A DNA stretch of 64,000 nt from Diplonema japonicum. Lineage: Eukaryota > Protista > Euglenozoa: Diplonemea. Below the pieces are notes generated by a model, which saw only the letters and a program-made list of their open reading frames with translations, was not told the DNA's origin and ran no database searches. Positions within the stretch are counted from its first letter, which is position 1. Each line of letters starts with the position of its first letter. A program made the translations under genes and the position numbers. Below, piece by piece: positions 59,701 to 64,000 of this stretch. The stretch covers positions 714,127 to 778,126 of the forward strand of contig OZ025663.1 of assembly GCA_964019335.1 (NCBI GenBank), given 5' to 3'.

Positions 59701-62622
59701 AGACTGAGGGGATGGACGTATGGGGTGACCATGCCCAGGGATGCGGCAACGCCAGGATTGCGAGGCACGACCGGGTGAAGGAGACCATCCACAGACACTG
59801 TCAGTGGGCCGGGGTGAGCGCAACGATGGAGAAGACGGGGCTGATCCCGGGGTCGTCCCAGCGCCCGGCGGACGTGTTCTTCCCAGGTGGGGTGGGGGGT
59901 TCCCGCCCAATGGCTATGGACGTGGTCATCGTGCACCCGAGGAACGAGTCTTGTGTCAACCAGGCGGCGAAGACTGCGGGATACGCAGCGGCGAAGGCGG
60001 AACACTACAAGCGCCAGAAGTATGAGGCGGAGCTCGCCAAGACACGCGTGGCCTTTGTACCTTTCGCGATGGAGACCTTTGGGGGGTTCGGGGAGGCAGC
60101 AGTCTACCTCACGAAGAAACTGTCCAGGAGCATAGCTGCGCGGGCTCACGGGGACAGAGTCTCGATACACAGGCGTGTGGTCCAAGAGGTGTCAACGGCC
60201 ATGATGAGATCGATAGCAGGGGCGCTGTTAGTCAAAGGGCCTGTACAGTTGGATCCAGGGCCCCCGGTACCGGACGGCGAAGAGGAAAAAAAGGACAACG
60301 AGGAAGCGAACAACGAACCCAACACTGAATCCAACACTGACCTCACAGAGGACTCCTTCGGCAATGAAAAAACCACCGAAGCTGAGGAGTCGTCCGAGAG
60401 GGAAGTGAAGGGACAGGGAGGCGGACCCCCAATCACGGTGGCCCACCAGCTGGATGCCCTTCTGGAGCAGACGAAGAAGGACCTGGACGCCCGAATGCAG
60501 CAGCAGCGAAAGGCGGAACCGGTGGAGGGTGGAACACAAGGGAAAGCGGGAGCAGGACTCGAAGCAGCCTCGCCGGGAGGAGAAGACACGGAGATGGTCG
60601 GAACAGGATCCAGCGAGAGGGCTGGGCAGGGAGGGGAGCTTGACCCGAAGGCCCAGGAAGATGGGAAGAGACAAGGGGCGACTGACGCTGCGGTGAACCA
60701 GACCTTGGACCAGTGTCCTAAGGGGGATACGGAGGCCCAGAGGGACTCGAACAAGGGGGACCAGAGTGCGACAACTGCTACGAGGAAGATGACCGTGAGC
60801 GAATTCTGTAGGGAACAAGCTGCGAAGAGACAGGGCGGTGGGAGGACTCTGAAGCCGCAGGCGGATGACGCCCCCGAAGGGACCAAAGAGGGCGGGAACG
60901 CACCGAGCGGAGGCAGCCAGTCGGGGCCTGACACACCTAGGGGTGGGATCCAGACGCCGGAGGGAGATCAGCTGATGGGAGTCGGGGCACCGGAAAGGGA
61001 ACAGCAGGTGGAAGTAGGGGGAGACTTCGTTCAGCTTGACCCGATTGATGTGGTGATGGGCATCCCAATTCCGAGAGCGATGGTGCCACTGAGGGCGAGG
61101 CCGGGGGACCGACTGCTCAAGTTCATCATCCAGTTCGAGGGCCGGGTGGAGATCATCCTTGAAGAAGGAACGGACCCTGGAAGGGAGAGGACTGAGGAGA
61201 TGCTTCTTGCGAAGGCCGAGTCGCTGGGTGTTCCACTGGAGGTGGCTATGGCTGGCCAGATTGGTATCGCTGGACTTGGATACATGATGGTAAAGCAGTA
61301 CTTCGCAAGCTTGGAAGGTGGGTCGGACGGAGAGCGCCGCAGCCGCATTGTGGGTTGTGAGGTGCAGAAGTCGGAAACATACCGCGAGTTCGAGTTCCCG
61401 AGGACGGTCCAGGATTTCCAGATCACGTACGCGTGTGGGTGTTCGGCGGTGCAACCTGTTCGTTTCAAGGGTGGCGTGCTCAAGGGGACTCTGGAAACGG
61501 CATGGAGGGTGGTCAAGTTGCAGACCCGGGGGTGCAGACACCACCCGACACCGGGGAAGGAAGGGGTAGTGGGCATTGCGGCGGGAGCCGGCGCTACCAA
61601 GGTGACACTACGTGAGTTCTTGGAGAGGTGCGACGCAAGGATAAGGGCCCCAGTGGGAAAGGTCAAGGACCTGATCAAAGTGAAGGCGTGGGTGAGGGAT
61701 GGAAGGAAGGTCACCCTCGACGTCTACGAGGGGAGGGGGCCCTGCGAGAAGGAGACGAGGCGCACTGTCCAGGACCATCTGCGGAAGATGGGTGTTGAAG
61801 AGGTCGACCTGCAGTCAGCGGTGGTGACGGTCCCGGGGTTGTTCGAGGACGTCTCCTTTGAGAGGTACCTTGGGCTGTTGGCCCGGAAGAAGGAGGAAGA
61901 CAGGGAGAGGCGGCCTGAGGTGGTTGCCACGGATCTCCCCACCCTGGAAGAGCTGAAGTGGAGCAAGAAGGACAAGAAGCGGGCCCGGGCCCGATCGGCC
62001 AGTACTGACTCGGATTGTGTGGAGGGTGGCTACATCTATCTGAAGGGTACGGGGGCGGATGGCACCGTGGTCGAAGCCAACATATGCAGGGGTGAGCTCA
62101 AGGGGATGACCGGGCCCCAGTTCAAGTTCTTGGCGGAGCACAGGTTGATGGAAGAGCTGGGGAGCGACGACCTGGTGCGGGACACGGTCAAGGTGCGCAA
62201 CAAGGAGAACTGGGCCCCGGTGAACAGTGCGGTGGCTTGGCTGCAGCTCGAGTCGGGGAGGGCACGGGTGGGGCCCATACCCCACAAGAAGAGGTCCAAA
62301 GGCTCGCTGGCCAGATAGGCCAGCGGGGGTGTGGGGGGCTGTTCTCCCCCCCCCCGCCATAGGAAGATGTGAAACTTTTTTTTTTTTTTCTGAGAAAAAA
62401 AAAAAAGGGAAAAATAAAAGAATAGGGAACAGGTGCTACAACGGCCAGGCTAGATAGAACCACTTAGATTTTTTTTTTTTTTCCTTTTTTTTTTTTTCTT
62501 TTTGTTTTTCCTTTTTTTTTTTTTTTTTTTTATTTTTCTGTTTTTCTTTTTCTTTTTCTTTTTGAAGTGGAACCATCTCGGTCGACGTTTTTTTTTTCTT
62601 TTTTTTTTTTTTTCTTTTTTCT
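53727..62622 (+). mobile_element. Full-length CRE/SLACS-like (REL-endonuclease) non-LTR retrotransposon, 8.9 kb
   Basis: Single long ORF with RT and REL domains, bounded by the 134-bp direct repeat, with SL at its 5' end. Confidence 0.9.
53904..62318 (+). CDS. Retrotransposon polyprotein (2804 aa): AlkB-like dioxygenase - hydrophobic segments - Zn fingers - OTU protease - RT - CCHC/REL endonuclease - long C-terminal extension
   Basis: AlkB: NQVLVNKY, HKD, WTHHI, RVSITLR (about 54300-54810). OTU: DGNCMFHAL, WGD, NHY (56727-57053). RT: RPIAVG, KIDYANAFN, QQGDP (58632), YLDD (58731). REL: C-x4-C...H...C, RHD, RPADV, ETFG. First ATG after the SL is 53904. Confidence 0.9.
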   Translation: MDPRRNVVGDRRPQEERLRETPTKPTTRPDRNLAGQYDPSPPLRSPLDVVKNNKKHKNQAIWLGTETAVLTAAATTTAAPATLNAAADPAALIAATETAAAAPAAATTAATTTPAADPAIVEEGRKEGEKKGWVLVYGEHPPGLRTGPAPAFPKALLSGKWEALSGNSGRETLQYGYRWEGTNAKVRPTTGIPGGAEGWVREVAAAAGLEVVPNQVLVNKYKSGCGIAAHKDDARLGPIVLVLSYGAETTMVMRRGDRVAKYLVPPFSWALLEGEARHQWTHHIPSGMSTGVRVSITLRAVGPKLTRTPQEDPSPGLTDEPPFLDPLFCGQGGVALPREDSAPPAPLFFLEPSSEENRPSSEENREKGEEVALPREGGAPPPHLSPPFSFLEPSPEEPSTEVKNRPSSEEKKAEGETARPREGSAPPSLPPIFSGPSTEVYTLVPKGRGLFLRVEGKEKKKTNKEEPFFFSNNQGDPAPTPTARLGVVGAEAASDVRAPLHTLVRRQKRAPWIAMGGREPKPAPKRKKNRRRHRSETALQRRREKRTKAREGAREAARQEKKRHRRARKEGRRRARREEHEAALEQKPDDPAMGLKRTEVGTPGAQPLAPRIPAPGAATGTRRHRRRTGHSKEGVRWEHLGVWAWVALVSLLLIPGVRQVLGAGIGMAPSFLHAAVLWKRPGSDRRTTRRSRVQVGPRGDEWSAGELAWLAVGGTLVGSTSVWIGGLMSLWAMSEVMVWKAGADPAQRFGPVKLRKTRRGSRGHYLPVYLGPPRSSRRRKKKEDAKQAAKERAETEDKLFQAEHLDPFADLTLAGDALQGGGDPPPMDLDDEHMEAQKEGEKEGSDKHQCRMEDCSFRTSVASCLVKHLNAVHHHFVKQEQARSMKVNLCGTCAAACSSNQTHCALHRQRNLWNPDKQPRAGKSVDEIMKSFKLTRRSTEKDGNCMFHALAGSLGEAYGDHTHIRSEVVEWMKHREEHYAPFCSEGWDRYLEGMGTAATWGDHLCLAAAAQAFGRTILVVAGGNNPVLMIGEYNSDHEKVVVLAYNGNHYEYAVGEEESMMMLLDESQSVALQKAGKQPSEAPGEDIGEWDIIDRAIPGYGKAGVLDQMGARNQQFLYCPVANCARSKCKSTTPFNSTRVWKCHLDGHLESDEIPESVLRRLDLERCLVCRGCVWKGQGCHDECKKAVRREGEYTTPPPAPTRTELPSLETIAAMNVTTMGSIPTSLQRLWGLTLKHTLGRAVKDNTEEAWLLVAMLPKACLWKKRGGKKRDKETELSVQARLEEWEKGNYMALWNKLESGEKGEPKNDEVSKVARATELCSKGRFSAGNAALVAQGLAEDNEDCWRALQSKHPEPLHPQWDNPAKTKEAVEVLPEEVLDAIRDFPRGTAAGPTGLRAQHIKDAVDGAFESQGCLMSVTRAVNALARGTAPREVAPLMAGANLVALKKNDRDVRPIAVGDVLRRLVGKSLVKKIAPEVASSYLKKGGQVGVSVPAGMEAAIHTIRQYVDRERGNKQENKVILKIDYANAFNSVCRRQLCSQAYEQASGLYAWADWCYRVPSQLYYNGKVIKSQEGVQQGDPMGPLLFSLAIQPLVNKISEDCNLDILQFYLDDGVLVGNVDEVRKAYNILCELSGMIGLKVKPQKCELIWVSGDLPQTVEDTGFDGLTEENFHKERNFMLLGAPIGSPEYTQAFLNKRLDALEENFDMLTKVGRQTGYTLLRYCSSYSKLVFYMRVVPDSHVGGVMHRFDEMVRKTMSKVCGMQFENGSEEWQQAKLSVKVGGLGMRSCQEHLRAANMASRASTMKLCKELDPKYEHGLEGGVWGSWLEWFNRTKGGMQITPDMVAKAPHICSQRWLSRVLDEKALEDLLAKADARSRARLMSESMHYAGAWLTATPDFYNQLSDNEFGALIKWWLGAPVYKQGESCHDPRCKTEGMDVWGDHAQGCGNARIARHDRVKETIHRHCQWAGVSATMEKTGLIPGSSQRPADVFFPGGVGGSRPMAMDVVIVHPRNESCVNQAAKTAGYAAAKAEHYKRQKYEAELAKTRVAFVPFAMETFGGFGEAAVYLTKKLSRSIAARAHGDRVSIHRRVVQEVSTAMMRSIAGALLVKGPVQLDPGPPVPDGEEEKKDNEEANNEPNTESNTDLTEDSFGNEKTTEAEESSEREVKGQGGGPPITVAHQLDALLEQTKKDLDARMQQQRKAEPVEGGTQGKAGAGLEAASPGGEDTEMVGTGSSERAGQGGELDPKAQEDGKRQGATDAAVNQTLDQCPKGDTEAQRDSNKGDQSATTATRKMTVSEFCREQAAKRQGGGRTLKPQADDAPEGTKEGGNAPSGGSQSGPDTPRGGIQTPEGDQLMGVGAPEREQQVEVGGDFVQLDPIDVVMGIPIPRAMVPLRARPGDRLLKFIIQFEGRVEIILEEGTDPGRERTEEMLLAKAESLGVPLEVAMAGQIGIAGLGYMMVKQYFASLEGGSDGERRSRIVGCEVQKSETYREFEFPRTVQDFQITYACGCSAVQPVRFKGGVLKGTLETAWRVVKLQTRGCRHHPTPGKEGVVGIAAGAGATKVTLREFLERCDARIRAPVGKVKDLIKVKAWVRDGRKVTLDVYEGRGPCEKETRRTVQDHLRKMGVEEVDLQSAVVTVPGLFEDVSFERYLGLLARKKEEDRERRPEVVATDLPTLEELKWSKKDKKRARARSASTDSDCVEGGYIYLKGTGADGTVVEANICRGELKGMTGPQFKFLAEHRLMEELGSDDLVRDTVKVRNKENWAPVNSAVAWLQLESGRARVGPIPHKKRSKGSLAR

Positions 62623-62756
62623 TTTGTGGTGATGTGTTTTTCCTGTTTTTGATTTTCTTCTTCCCCCGCTCTATGCTTTTTCGCATGGACATTGGCCACT
62701 CTGCCCCTTTCCCCTTTTTTGATTCTCCCTCTTTCCCCCTCCTAAATTTTACCCCC
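62623..62756 (+). repeat. Right 134-bp direct repeat
   Basis: Copy of 53593-53726; identity ends at ACCCCC|TGCC versus ACCCCC|AACG. Confidence 0.9.
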
Positions 62757-63976
62757 TGCCCCACTCATTCCTCCCTAGTATGTTTTTGAATTTGCCTCTT
62801 CTTCTTTTAAGCCTTTTTTGAGATTTTTATTTTTGAATTTTTATCATTTGGAGTTGCTTCTTCTTCTTCCCCTCTCCCTCCCATAAAGAAAAAGAGAAAC
62901 CCATGCCTTCCTCCCAGGTTGGAACTTGATTGTCTGTTTTGGAATATTTTTATTTTCTCTTAAGATTTATCGTGCCTTGTGTGTCTTTTGAAGAAAAAAA
63001 AAAAAAAAAAACATTCTCAAGTCCCCCTTTTTAAAAAAACCTACCTCTGCTACCAATAGGAGTTTTCCTTCTACAGATTGTTTGCTGATGGTTTTGAGTT
63101 GATTCTTTTTTATTTTTTATCTTATGGTTTAACTAGAAGTTTTCCTTCTACAGCTTGTTCGCTGACGGGTGGGTTTATCAGGCGGGCTTCCATAGCTGGT
63201 GACCTATGGAAGCCTTCCCAAATTTTTTCTTTTTTTCAGGCCGGGCTGGGGAAGGACGGCAAGACCACCAACGGAGGAGAAACCGCTGCAGAAAGGGGAA
63301 AGGTGCAGGAAGACGAAGAGGACGAGAGGGCGTCTCACAAAGACTCCCTTCAATTCATATATCTTTTATTTTCTTTTTATTTTTCTTTTCTTTATTTTCT
63401 TTCTCCCAACCCTACCCCCCCTCGAAAAAAAAAAGAAAAGAAAAGAAAAGATTCATTCCTCCCTAGTTTATTATATTTTGCATCAGGTTCGCCGAGAAAA
63501 TAAAAGGAAAAACAAGGAAAGAGAACGGCAACCAAATTTTAAATTTTTATTTTATCATCAAAGGAGGTTTGAAAAAAAGAAAAATTAAAGAGAAGAAAGA
63601 GGCCTTTTTCTCCTCTATCGATAAGTGATTCACGAACTCGAATCTTTATCACCACTTTTTTGTGCATGCCAGATTTTTTTTTTCTCCCGCCTTGTTAGAG
63701 AAGTTTTAATTTACTAGTAAAAAAATAAAAAAAGTGAAAAGAGGAGTAGAAGACGATCCGGTGGGGGGCATGGGAACCATAAACCGTGTCTTCCATCGCG
63801 ATCGGCAAGGCGGGGGCTTTTCCGTCCCATGGGTGAAAAGAGGCGGATAAAACCACTATTCCGGACCCCCCCCAACACTGAGCATGCACTTTTTCCCCCA
63901 TACATACCTCTCTTGTTTATCAAAATATCACCAATTTTACGGCGGACGCCAAGAAAAAAAAAAGCCAAGGAGACAC

Positions 63977-64000
63977 CCGCAAACCCGCAAACCCGCAAAC
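63977..64000 (+). repeat. (CCCGCAAA)3 tandem repeat running off the window end
   Basis: CCCGCAAACCCGCAAACCCGCAAAC; same unit as 53363-53383. Confidence 0.75.

Noticed and set aside
2965-62360. Numerous long minus-strand ORFs (e.g. 5715-6842, 53756-55477, 60228-61544)
   Set aside because: Antisense shadows of + strand coding regions; S/L/F-rich with no motifs.
53593-62756. Interpreting the direct repeats as LTRs
   Set aside because: No TG...CA ends, gag, integrase or LTR-type RT; the RT and nuclease are non-LTR REL type.
63230-63350. Purine-rich exon-like patch after a TTTTCAG acceptor
   Set aside because: Too short, no start codon or recognisable domain; cannot be supported as a gene.
63977-64000. 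Telomeric repeat
   Set aside because: The unit is CCCGCAAA, not the TTAGGG expected in euglenozoans, and it also occurs internally at 53363.

Overview
Eukaryotic nuclear DNA, most likely from a diplonemid (Euglenozoa). The evidence is a near-perfect diplonemid-type spliced-leader (SL) exon at 53725-53761, a paraflagellar-rod-domain gene and a kinetoplastid-type PKA regulatory subunit. About 20 protein genes lie head-to-tail on the + strand. Many are split by tiny (30-47 nt) GT-AG introns, mostly GTATG...YAG, which is why the ORF track fragments them. Host genes: RUVBL1 3' end, a giant coiled-coil protein, PKA-R-like, an mRNA capping enzyme, a SOD-fold pseudo-enzyme, SH3-PFR, RBM26/27-like, three secreted LVIVD-propeller paralogs, a double GST-N protein, CAP-Gly/DCX, prolyl oligopeptidase, an arginine deiminase fusion, a KIF12-like kinesin, CFAP157-like and an EF-hand NEK-like kinase. 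Three highlights. (1) An apparently intact 8.9-kb CRE/SLACS-type non-LTR retrotransposon whose single 2804-aa ORF adds an AlkB-like dioxygenase, hydrophobic segments and an OTU protease to the RT/REL core; it starts with an SL exon and is flanked by a 134-bp direct repeat. (2) An intronless gene fusing an adenylate-kinase-like domain, a guanylyltransferase and a cap N7-methyltransferase, a candidate one-polypeptide RNA recapping enzyme. (3) A mitochondrially targeted arginine deiminase plus CtlX-like citrulline hydrolase fusion. All calls are by eye from motifs; no searches were run.
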